Positions 23,033-34,200 of a stretch of DNA of 64,000 bases are shown piece by piece. Under the pieces are notes generated by a model. That model was not told the origin of the DNA, made no database searches, and worked only from the letters and a program-made list of their open reading frames with translations. Numbering within the stretch: position 1 is the stretch's first letter; each line of letters starts with the position of its first letter. The translations under genes and the position numbers were made by a program. This DNA comes from Schmidtea polychroa (lineage: Eukaryota): the NCBI GenBank assembly GCA_044892525.1, contig CM097886.1, forward strand, positions 183,074,312 to 183,138,311, written 5' to 3'.

Positions 23033-25824
23033 TAGGGAATCCATTTTTTAACAAAAACCGAATTCCGGAATTTTCGGATTTACGTAAGATGAAATTCAGA
23101 ATTCCGGAATTATTCTGGAATTGAAAAATAAAAAGTCAAGAGCAAAAAAAATGTTAATCAGCATAAATTTATTTCAAAGTAAACAAAGAAAATTTTTATT
23201 TTTGTATTAATATTAATAAAAAAAACATAAACAAAACAAATTCAATATTTAAAAATATATAATATAAAAATAAAATTTTATGTTTGCTTTTTGAAGAAGC
23301 TTCTCAGCATACACAAATTGTCCAATGTAGTATCATTAAATCTTTACCTAATTTTTGTTGAAAATGCTCCAGCGGCGGAAAAGGCTCTCTCTGCTTCAAC
23401 ACTTGTTGGGGGAATACACAAAAGGTTTTGTAAATTATTTCCAAAAATGGTCCACGAAATACACCTTCGTCCCAAAATTTTAATTCATTTCGAATCGCAA
23501 ATTGAATTGATATTTTTTTTTAAAGTTTTTGTAGTCGGCTGTAAAAGTGACTGCTGGATTTTTTGCTGCAACAATTTCTGTAAGGAGGGCTGCGTTTCAC
23601 TTTCAAAAGATTCGTTGGGTTCAAATACTAAATCAGAATCAGACTCGGAATCCGTTGAATCAACTTCAGCAGTAATTTCATCATTAAGTCGCCGGTCCAG
23701 TAATAGAATAATTTTATTTATTTCTGTTTTCGAGTGACCGGAAATGCTCTTGTGAATTTTTGTTTTGCCACCATTATGCAAATATTGTAGCACATCAGAT
23801 AAAATAGTTCTTCTCCGATTGAACTGGAGTTCTATCTCTTTTTTCAATTCAAGGGCAAATTCGTCATTCTCACTAAAATTTTGTAACATAAACGTAAATG
23901 TTGCATCCGCAGAAATTAAATTAGCATCTGCACGGCATAAGGCGTCTACGGTTAATTTTACTGGCATCAAATTTTTAGATATTCGTGATACCGAATCCCA
24001 TTCTGATTCATATAAAATTATGTCCGTTTCAATGTCAATTAATGCTTTTTTAATGAACTTTTCAAAATATTAAAACGCTCTAACATAGACAACATGCTAT
24101 TGCATCTAGTTTTCGAATCTAACACAAGCTGTAATTCTTTTTTATGATCTTGCTTCACGTATTTTTGAAGCACTTCTTTTTTCAAAGAAGAACGACGAAA
24201 GGTTTTAACAATTTTCCGAACTTTTGTGATTAATGCTCGTAGTTGAGTTTTCAGTTGTTTCCATAACATCAGTTTCAATTCCCATATCTACCCGAATTCC
24301 ATTGTCATCATCCTCATCACCAGTAAGATTTTCTTCATCTAACTCAAAGTTCCGTTCATTTTCATTATTGTCCTGCTCTACTTCGTTTTCTGTTGCATTA
24401 TCTACTAAATCCAACGTTTGCTTTTTATAGAGTACATTACCAATTGCAATTTGAATTGCATGAGCAAAACATAAAATTTGTTCGCAGGGTAACAATCTAC
24501 CAACTTTTTGCATCATGGAGGCACTATCTCTAACAATGCACAAAATATCATTTCCAATATTTAATTGGCATGATTCAAGCTTTTTTTCCAGCAATTTTAT
24601 ACAATCTTTAGACGCAAATCGGCCATTTTTACGAGCCAATCCCAAATTCCAGACCCGATCTCCTGATCCATGCACGTTAATATTTCGAGAAGAAGTCCAT
24701 TCGTCAAGTGTCAGATTGAAACGTACGTTTCTGTTTTTTTCAGAAATAATTCCCGAAATTATCGACTGCCGAATTTTTTTGCTGTAATCCATCACGACTT
24801 TTTGTATACTGGTAGATGATTTCGGAATATCACAAAATCCCCGCGTTCGTAAACATTTTCTTAAATCGTCTGAACTACAAAATATGCGAAACGGTAATCC
24901 GTCTGAAGCTACCATTCGAGATATTACTGCGGCAAAACTTTCGTCTACTTTTGAAATATAAAAATCTTTAATCGTTTTGATTTTTGTAGCTAAATCGCCG
25001 GTATTCGCACCAGCAGCATCCGTATCATCAATTTTTCGTTTATTTAAAATCTTGTTATGTTTAGTCCGCAGATGGGTGCGCATGGGTGTCGTACACCCAC
25101 CCAATATCTTTAAAGCCTTCCTACATTGTGTACATTTCGCCATTTGAGTTTTTGTCCCTCGTAAAAAATGAGTCCACACTGAATTTGAAGTAATCTCTTT
25201 GGAGACATCTATAAAAATTGTGTCTTGCTTATCCGCATTCCTTGGGATTAAACATATGTACACAAGAAATATATGAAATTTTGAAACTAATAAAACCTAC
25301 CTATATCAAATGCTACCGTGAAGAATTGAACTTGAATGGTTAATTAAATATTTATATTATTAAAATAAAATGAAATGATTTGCTGATTAGTAAATTTAAT
25401 ATTAAATATTAGACAAGAGGACGTTATTAAAATGATAATGATTTACTGTTTATTTATACTAAATTTACTATTACACTTAAATATAACATATAACACAACA
25501 CAACAAAGGAAAAAACATTTCTATTATGATATAATTTCACAAAAAATTTAAATGTCAAAACGAATAACATTATTTTTATTTCTCATGGCAAACTGTTTGT
25601 ATTTTTTTTTAAAAATAAATCGTTACAATACAAAGTAATAATATAGTTTTTTTGTATAATTTTTTGTCAGTCGCTGGAATTCCGTGTAATTTGTTAAAAA
25701 CAAAAAAATATTTAAATGCGAATAATCGGGAATTCGATTCATTTCAATTCCGGAATTTCGAATATAAAAAACAAGGCGGAATTTCGGAATTCCGAAATTT
25801 CGAAATCCGGATTTGGATTCCCTA
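23033..25824 (-). mobile_element. hAT (Ac-like, BED finger) DNA transposon, copy 1, frameshifted
   Basis: 11-bp TIR TAGGGAATCCA / TGGATTCCCTA and AATTCCGGA-like subterminal repeats. BED finger VWTHF...CTQC...MRTHLRTKH, plus LTLDEWTS, CFAH, TRCNS and IPPTSVEAERAFS. The 8-bp TSD is degenerate. Confidence 0.9.
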
Positions 25825-26559
25825 CTGGTGACGCTTTCTCAACTCAGTCTTTATTCCCATTAGGTTGACTTTTCAAACCTCTCGATACTGGCGGCGCTTT
25901 CCTTACTCTTTGTTATTTAATTTAAGCTGATTTTTCTAGTTTCTATTACTATCCTCTTTTTGTGTGTTTTCTATCGTTACTGGTTCAAGTCCTAGGTTCA
26001 CTATACTATTGTCTTTACTCCTTACGTTGTGTCCTTTTATAAACGTTTATTTCCCCTACTGTAGGTCCCAACATCCCTCTTTTTGTTACTCTTCCGGGTT
26101 TTCCCCACTCTCCTAACTCGGATGCGAAACACTCGCACTGGTCGGTCTCCGATCGTGTGGTGGATCAGTCACACACAGAAACGTTCCAGTAGATGCGATG
26201 GGCTCTGTTCCATATCTTTCGTCAGGACAGTTGGTATTTCCCTGGGCCTTATCCACACTACGCTGAGTGAAGCTCATGGGTCGTGGATTTGTCAAACAAG
26301 AAAAACAGAAATAAAGAAAAGGAATGGAACAATTAATCCTATATCCCTACATATCTCTACATTTATTATATATCATTTTGATTTGGGTGTATACACCGAT
26401 GTAAGAAATTATTTATGTATTATTAGTCTTATTCTTGGCACTCTGTTCTTCCAATACCATCTCTTTTCAATGTTGTCTTGGTTCTTCCTACCATACGGAT
26501 CTTTTATAACATAGGTTATCACTATCCGCCTGAAACCTTTCTCATACCTCATTTTGTTG

Positions 26560-26725
26560 CATAATATTGCTAATCATATAACAGTCCTGAATTACCGTGC
26601 TAATAATTCGTTGTTTTCTCCTTTACGCAACAGGAAAAACACAGATACATGTGTTCCATTAATCGTTCCATCTCCATCTGGATATATTTTTAAATTCCAC
26701 TTGTAACCATTTTTCTATGAATATA
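26560..26725 (-). pseudogene. Intronless TRAF-type MATH-domain fragment (copy 1)
   Basis: NGYKWNLKIYPDGDGTINGTHVSVFFLLRKGENNELLAR*F resembles TRAF [40 protein letters not shown]; flanked by stops. Confidence 0.7.
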
Positions 26726-27340
26726 ATGCTAGATTAGTTATAGCTATTTATGTACTGTTTTCAGCTCGTTGCATTTTCCTATTTACATCCGGTATTCTCC
26801 GTTAAGTTCTCTAGATGTATTCCTTTATCCAGTACTATTCATAAAAATGAGCAAGTACTAGCCTTTCCACAATGTTACCCATCCTGGATTCGCATTCGCA
26901 GCGGTTAGCCTTTAAGAGACGATTCGATTATCTCTAGGTCAAAGTCTTGATTAAGATTCTCTTTATTTCATATTTGGTGCCTTATTATTTATTGTGTTTT
27001 GTTATATTTTTATTTGAATGCTTATTTAATAGACTTTTGCTGTTCCGACTTTCCAAATTATCATCATGCATTTTGACATCCTTGGGTACTCCACCCTTGG
27101 ATTGGTGTGTGTACAGAATACAAAATATTAGTACTATTAATTGGCTAGATACTCATGATAATTAATCGGGATAATTACTCGAGGTAATTTGATCTTTCAT
27201 GTAGCCTCTAATCCACACATTCATATAATCACCCATCCCTCTTTTAGAGTACGTTCCAAAAGAATTCCGTTCTATGAGAACTATCACTGGATCCATTCAT
27301 CTATTCACGATTCTGGTAATATTCAAAAATTAACATTTGA

Positions 27341-28154
27341 NNNNNNNNNNNNNNNNNNNNNNNNNNNNNNNNNNNNNNNNNNNNNNNNNNNNNNNNNNNN
27401 NNNNNNNNNNNNNNNNNNNNNNNNNNNNNNNNNNNNNNNNNNNNNNNNNNNNNNNNNNNNNNNNNNNNNNNNNNNNNNNNNNNNNNNNNNNNNNNNNNNN
27501 NNNNNNNNNNNNNNNNNNNNNNNNNNNNNNNNNNNNNNNNNNNNNNNNNNNNNNNNNNNNNNNNNNNNNNNNNNNNNNNNNNNNNNNNNNNNNNNNNNNN
27601 NNNNNNNNNNNNNNNNNNNNNNNNNNNNNNNNNNNNNNNNNNNNNNNNNNNNNNNNNNNNNNNNNNNNNNNNNNNNNNNNNNNNNNNNNNNNNNNNNNNN
27701 NNNNNNNNNNNNNNNNNNNNNNNNNNNNNNNNNNNNNNNNNNNNNNNNNNNNNNNNNNNNNNNNNNNNNNNNNNNNNNNNNNNNNNNNNNNNNNNNNNNN
27801 NNNNNNNNNNNNNNNNNNNNNNNNNNNNNNNNNNNNNNNNNNNNNNNNNNNNNNNNNNNNNNNNNNNNNNNNNNNNNNNNNNNNNNNNNNNNNNNNNNNN
27901 NNNNNNNNNNNNNNNNNNNNNNNNNNNNNNNNNNNNNNNNNNNNNNNNNNNNNNNNNNNNNNNNNNNNNNNNNNNNNNNNNNNNNNNNNNNNNNNNNNNN
28001 NNNNNNNNNNNNNNNNNNNNNNNNNNNNNNNNNNNNNNNNNNNNNNNNNNNNNNNNNNNNNNNNNNNNNNNNNNNNNNNNNNNNNNNNNNNNNNNNNNNN
28101 NNNNNNNNNNNNNNNNNNNNNNNNNNNNNNNNNNNNNNNNNNNNNNNNNNNNNN
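27341..28154. other. Assembly gap (814 N)
   Basis: N run. Confidence 1.
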
Positions 28155-28699
28155 CCTAAACAAACTGTTAACTCATTACTCAATCATTCAAAAAAAATTA
28201 CCAAGAAAAAGAATTTTTATTTACTTTCATAAAAAATTAACCTAGCTTACTTACAAAATTCCAATTTTTGAATTGGTTCTATTAATCAAATCTTCATTAG
28301 CGAGGAAAATATTCGAGATTCAGTTTGATAATCTATATTCCAAATAAATTTAATCCGAAATTGAGTAAGATAATTCATTCCATTCCAGAAACATTTTTCA
28401 TTAGCAAGCCCGTTCACTCGATCAACAAACGCGAACTGAAATAAATCGTGCTTTCAAGTGAGACCAACCATAATTTCCACGAATCGATTATCGTATCCAA
28501 CAGAAACGACATTTATTTTACTACATTCCATTCGATTTGACCAGAGACAGTGAATATTTAACTTATCCTTCAAAAAATATTTGAGTAGGGTTCAGCCCTT
28601 ATTTCCAAGTTAATAAAGGTTGTTCCACGCTTCCCATAATATTTAAATTATTCTGCAAAAATTTTGAGCAGGATCCCTAAGTGTGACCAAAATTACTTC

Positions 28700-28926
28700 C
28701 AGCGACGGACCCGTGGGAGGTAGGGTATGATGGTCATATCCTCGGTCTAAGGTGGTCCTCAACCTTCTAAGGGTCAAAAACCGTCGAATTTTGTCAAACC
28801 TTATAATATATACATAATTCGAAAAGTATTTAAGAGGCGAATATGATGGTCATACTCTCTAAAGTTTATGGTGGGTCAATAACCTTCAAAGGGTGTCCAA
28901 AAATAAATATTTTTCAAACCATATAA

Positions 28927-28989
<63 letters not shown>

Positions 28990-29260
28990 TTCAAAAGGCT
29001 TTTGATGGCAAGTTCAAAGGTCATACCTTCGAAGGGTCCAAGGTGCAAAAATTTTAAAATTTTATAATATACATATCAAATAAAAGACATTTGTGATGTA
29101 AGTATCAAGAACATATTTTCAAAGGTTGATGAAGGGTCCTGAACCTTCAAAGCTATAAAAACCTTGAAGGGGTCAAAAACCTTTAAACTTTTATATATTT
29201 CTAGAAGGCCTTAACAAGGCATTCTTGCTCCTTGTGCGGTTCATATATCTGGCGCTCCTA
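28700..29260. repeat. Non-coding repeat with diverged subrepeats of roughly 140 bp and a (TA)n tract at 28931-28987
   Basis: Recurring CCTTC..AGGGTC..AAAA..TATAATATA(T)ACAT..AAAAG blocks; family not assigned. Confidence 0.55.
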
Positions 29261-29669
29261 AAACCCGAATTCAAAACAGCCTACCATAATAAATATAATA
29301 TTCATGTCGAAAATGTTAACTATGTAATCATCTCCAGCTACTATAATTGGTGGTAATGCTCTGAAAATTCTGATGCTTATTTGAAAAAATGAATAATAGA
29401 AGCTTTAAAAATTAAAAAATTTTAGTGTTTAGTTTTGAATTATAGAGAATATTTAATAATAAAAAAAATTTTTTTAATTTTTAAAAATTTTCAAATGAAT
29501 TAACCAATGCAATGAAATAAAAGAGAAAATCAAAAATCTTTTTAAAAATAGAAGAAACGAAATTCCTGGAAATTGACAAGGGATATCTTAAAGTGGAAAA
29601 TCTTTAATTTGTATTAAATATATTATTTGTAGCAAAAAGCTTAAAATATCATTTAATTGTTTAATATTA

Positions 29670-30080
29670 NNNNNNNNNNNNNNNNNNNNNNNNNNNNNNN
29701 NNNNNNNNNNNNNNNNNNNNNNNNNNNNNNNNNNNNNNNNNNNNNNNNNNNNNNNNNNNNNNNNNNNNNNNNNNNNNNNNNNNNNNNNNNNNNNNNNNNN
29801 NNNNNNNNNNNNNNNNNNNNNNNNNNNNNNNNNNNNNNNNNNNNNNNNNNNNNNNNNNNNNNNNNNNNNNNNNNNNNNNNNNNNNNNNNNNNNNNNNNNN
29901 NNNNNNNNNNNNNNNNNNNNNNNNNNNNNNNNNNNNNNNNNNNNNNNNNNNNNNNNNNNNNNNNNNNNNNNNNNNNNNNNNNNNNNNNNNNNNNNNNNNN
30001 NNNNNNNNNNNNNNNNNNNNNNNNNNNNNNNNNNNNNNNNNNNNNNNNNNNNNNNNNNNNNNNNNNNNNNNNNNNNNNNA
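29670..30080. other. Assembly gap (411 N)
   Basis: N run. Confidence 1.
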
Positions 30081-30782
30081 AGAAATAGTTGATGCTTAGG
30101 ATAAATTAAGGACCCTTGGTTATAGAGGAAACCAAATTTATCCTAAAGGTTTTCAATGGGCATCCATTTATTCAATTTGATTATGGCAATATCAGTTCAT
30201 GAAATTTGAATGATTTGTTGTTTAAATGATATTATAATTTTATGATCATTTTATCATTTTATTGTATTATGCTCATAATATTAATTATCACAAGAGGTCA
30301 AAGGACATCTCGAGATTACCTTTGTCAGTTCATTCAAACAAATTGTAAGATGATGTCATCATTGAATTATTTATATAAATAATTGACATATAAATTGTCC
30401 ATTGTTAATAAAATATTACCAATTATGAAGGGCACCCCTGAAACTGGCAATAATCAATAATTAGCTAGAAATTGTACTGAAACAATCAATCGGTTCCTTA
30501 AATAAATATTTACAATTCTTATTGAATAAACAAAATTATTAAATTCATAATTTTATAATATTCAATATTAAATATATAATAAAAATAATTATTTTTAGCT
30601 TTGTTTATTAAAACAAAATAATGAAAGAATTTGTGCAATAATAAATTGGTAACCATGGCAACACAATCCATGCAATAAAACAAATTATTTATTACGCAAT
30701 AACTTAATCAAAAATATATAATAGCGATTCCAAACATTTTTTGTCTTCGGTACCCTTTGATTAGGCCTTCATTCTTTTTAAC

Positions 30783-30916
30783 AAAATATAATCAATTGTG
30801 AAAGTCAGTGAAAAATTCAAAAAATTAATTGAAAAACATTTTAGTCCTAGTGACGATGCCAGCCTTACAGAAGGGGCATTCAAATAACTCCATGGAGCAA
30901 GCATTACATGTCAAAT
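30783..30916 (-). pseudogene. Orphan copy of the 3' half of the RING exon plus 3' flank at the unit junction
   Basis: Encodes [28 protein letters not shown]; duplicate of about 886-1019. Confidence 0.9.
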
Positions 30917-31249
30917 TATCAATAAAATATAATCAATAATATATTCAGCACAAATTATCAATAAAATATAATCAATAATTTATCCAGCACAAATAATCAA
31001 TAAAATATAATCAATAATATATTCAGCACAAATTATCAATAAAATAAAATCAATAATATATTCAGCACAAATTATCAATAAAATATAATCAATAATTTAT
31101 CCAGCACAAATTATCTATAAAATATAATCAATAATTTATCCAGCACAAATTATCAATAAAATATAATCAATAATATATTCAGCACAAATTATCTATAAAA
31201 TATAATCAATAATATATTCAGCACAAATTATCAATAAAATATAATCAAT
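30912..31249. repeat. 39-bp minisatellite, 8 full units plus a partial unit
   Basis: Unit starts at 30912, 30951, 30990, 31029, 31068, 31107, 31146, 31185 and 31224. Confidence 0.95.
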
Positions 31250-31277
31250 TGTGAAAGCCAGTGAAAAACCCAAAAAA

Positions 31278-34200
31278 TTAATTGAAAAACATTTTAGTCC
31301 TGGTGACGATGTCAGCCTTACAGAAGGGGCATTCAAATAACTCCATGGAGCAAGCATTACATGTCAAATGGCCACATTGGAATCCAATTTCCACATTATT
31401 ACCTGAGCAAATTTGGCACATCTAAATTGTGATAAATCAATACAAATTCATCATATAATCTTACTGGTATTTCCTTATCATGTTCATTTCCTTCATTATC
31501 AGGTCTGGCAGTGTTTCTGTGACATTTCTCGATCTCCCCCTTAGCAACAATGTCTGTGCACGCATCAATTATCCGCTGGCCACGTGACGTCCTCTTATAA
31601 ATGTCACCGCCTTTCAGAATTATCATTTTAATAGCTGAGATTAATTTCCTTTTTGAATTTGCCTAGAAATCGATCAATGCGATAAATCAATAATCAATCA
31701 ATACATTATTGGCAATCGATATTTTCTCCAATAATTGTGTCAGCGCACATTTGCCGCTTTCATCCTCACCATCGAATTCCTTTGATTCAGTGATCAATGC
31801 GTTCACCAGGTCCATTTCTCCCATTTCAATTGCAATTTGGAGAGGAATTTGATTCCTTATGTTTCGCAACATGACAAATTTCCCTTGATTTACCGAATCC
31901 AATAATTTCCATGCAAATTCCATCTTCCTTTCTTGCAATATAAATGTGAATAAATTTTCACCGTTTCCAAATGTTCTCGGTGCCGATATTTCCGTTTGTA
32001 TCAAATGGTCAAATAGCTCGATATCATCACTATATACAGCTTTGTAAAGGAGATCCTCTATAACCGACTGCTGCAATATGGAACTAGATTTATTGAATAG
32101 TAATCTTATTAGGTTAGCTCCACAAATCTCGCATGATTGGAAGGTATCCTTTGATATAGCTGACCGCAAAAAATTGTCAGGTAAAAGCTCAATCAATGCT
32201 TTTGCATATGAGAACCACTGATTTAGGAAAGCCGTTTGAAAATCATTTGAAGTGAAATTTGTCAATCTCGGCTGATTGGACACGAGTGCAAGCATTAATC
32301 TGATAAATTGATTTATTATCAATGATTTATTAATATATTTCAATAAATTCTACTTTTCACTTCCAATATTCGATGCCAATTGGAATACAGTGATCCCATT
32401 GGTTGATTTGACATTGGCATCTGCTCCGTGTGCAATCAATATATTTGTGATATCGATTAATTTATTCAAGTTCTAAAATTGATATTTACAAGCCAATCAA
32501 AATATATCATTACATCATCATTGATATCAATTGGTGGCTCGACAAGCATCTCAAACAATGGAGTGCTTCTCAAATTGTTAACACTGTCAACCTGTGCTCC
32601 AGCATTGAGTAGTGAACTGCACATATTTGGTTTCAGGCATTTCACCGCGAGATGCAGCAGTGAATTGTTGTCACCATCATGAGCATTCGAACTACTTAAA
32701 TCGAGTCGTTCGAGAAAACACGGAAAAAGAATTCCATGAAATTTCATTGACAATGTTAACGCGTTTTCATAGCAAGTCAAAGAAATTATTGATTGTGCAA
32801 ATGGAATAACTGAAAATAATGAAATTCATTAATATTAATTGAATCATGTGTCTTTTATGGCTCATTACACATCCCATTCATTTACTGCTTTAAAAAAATT
32901 GTTAAATTTAAGTTATGCAAAGTGATTTGATCAGTTATTATTAATTTATAATAATAATTAAATAAAAAAAAATGGGAAAATATTTTTAATTCCAGAATTT
33001 AAATTTAAACAAAATAAGTATAACATTAAGAAATGAAAATATTATTTACATTATAAAAAATCCAATAAATACACGAAAGTAAAAATCTTAAACATTGTGA
33101 AACATTGCAAATTCATTCAATTTTTTAAATAGGTCAACTTAAAAATTTATAGATTTTCGATTTTCAAGGTTTTAACGAAAGTTCAATATTAATATTGATT
33201 ACTTTGATTCTCCCGGTAATTTTATGGAATCGACACCAGCGTAATCTGAAACACAGCTTATGACATTTTATATTTTTGAATGGCAACTAGTGTTTCCAAA
33301 TTACCCAAATTACAATTCTATATTAAATGCGTTTATTCATTGCAACGCAAAAAATCAACACACAGGTTTATGTTTATATAATATACACGTATTTTTTTTA
33401 TTTTTACATTATGGATGAGTTTATTCAATGCATCGGGTTTTGTGACAATTTTCTGTGATTTTCTGTGTATAAAGTTTGTGATTGAATTGAATATTTATGC
33501 GCGTTCATTTGATTAATTTATTGTGGGTAATGATTCCAATGGCTGTCTGTCCACAATTATATTTATTAAACCCGATATTATTCTAGCTTTTGTTTTACTA
33601 TATTGAAATTTAGAATTAAACTTTTTGTAACAATTAATTTATCAAAAATTAAAATTTTATTTTTCAGTTTTTGTTATATTTTTACATTTTTATTGGTTAA
33701 TAAGAATTTGCAATTTTAATTTCAAGCTTTTACAGCAATTCCTGATAAATCTCTTTTTAATACTTTTTCAAAATTTAAACTTCTTTGAATAAGCTAAATT
33801 ATATTTAATTGTTTTATTAAACAATCATGAGTTATTTTCTGGTTTCCTTATAATGATTTGCGGCTTCCTGGAAATGGTCTCATAGAAATCTGGATTCAAC
33901 CAGATAAAGATTTTTTCAAACTGCCATCATAATTATTGTAAGCTTTTTCAATTTGTTTTTCATTTGTTATTATTGTTATAAATTATTGAATATATGTTTA
34001 GGAATTGTGATGTAAGCCTTTATGATACGCTCGTCTATGTGTACTAGTTATTGCATGTATACATATATTTGACCTACTTTTTTAATAACTTTAAATATAC
34101 ATTTCAGCAGAAGACACAAGCCGTTATGATGATGCGAGTCTGACCTAAATAATATTTGAGTTGACCTACATAATATATAAGGCCAAAACAGCCTCAGCAG

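Larger units (their letters stand above)
750..30916. repeat. Segmental duplication, unit 1 (about 30 kb)
   Basis: Colinear near-identical match to unit 2 throughout (offsets +30350 at 1049, +33734 at 6498, +33870 at 17608). Bases 1-750 have no counterpart upstream of unit 2. Confidence 0.93.

Noticed and set aside
27189-30088. Long ORFs containing X (also 61103-63358)
   Set aside because: Artefacts of translating N gaps.
750-30916. The 30-33 kb unit as one giant mobile element (giant LTR element, Maverick or similar)
   Set aside because: No terminal repeats or TSD at the unit ends and no intact mobility genes. The content is a spliced host gene plus unrelated TE remnants in both orientations.
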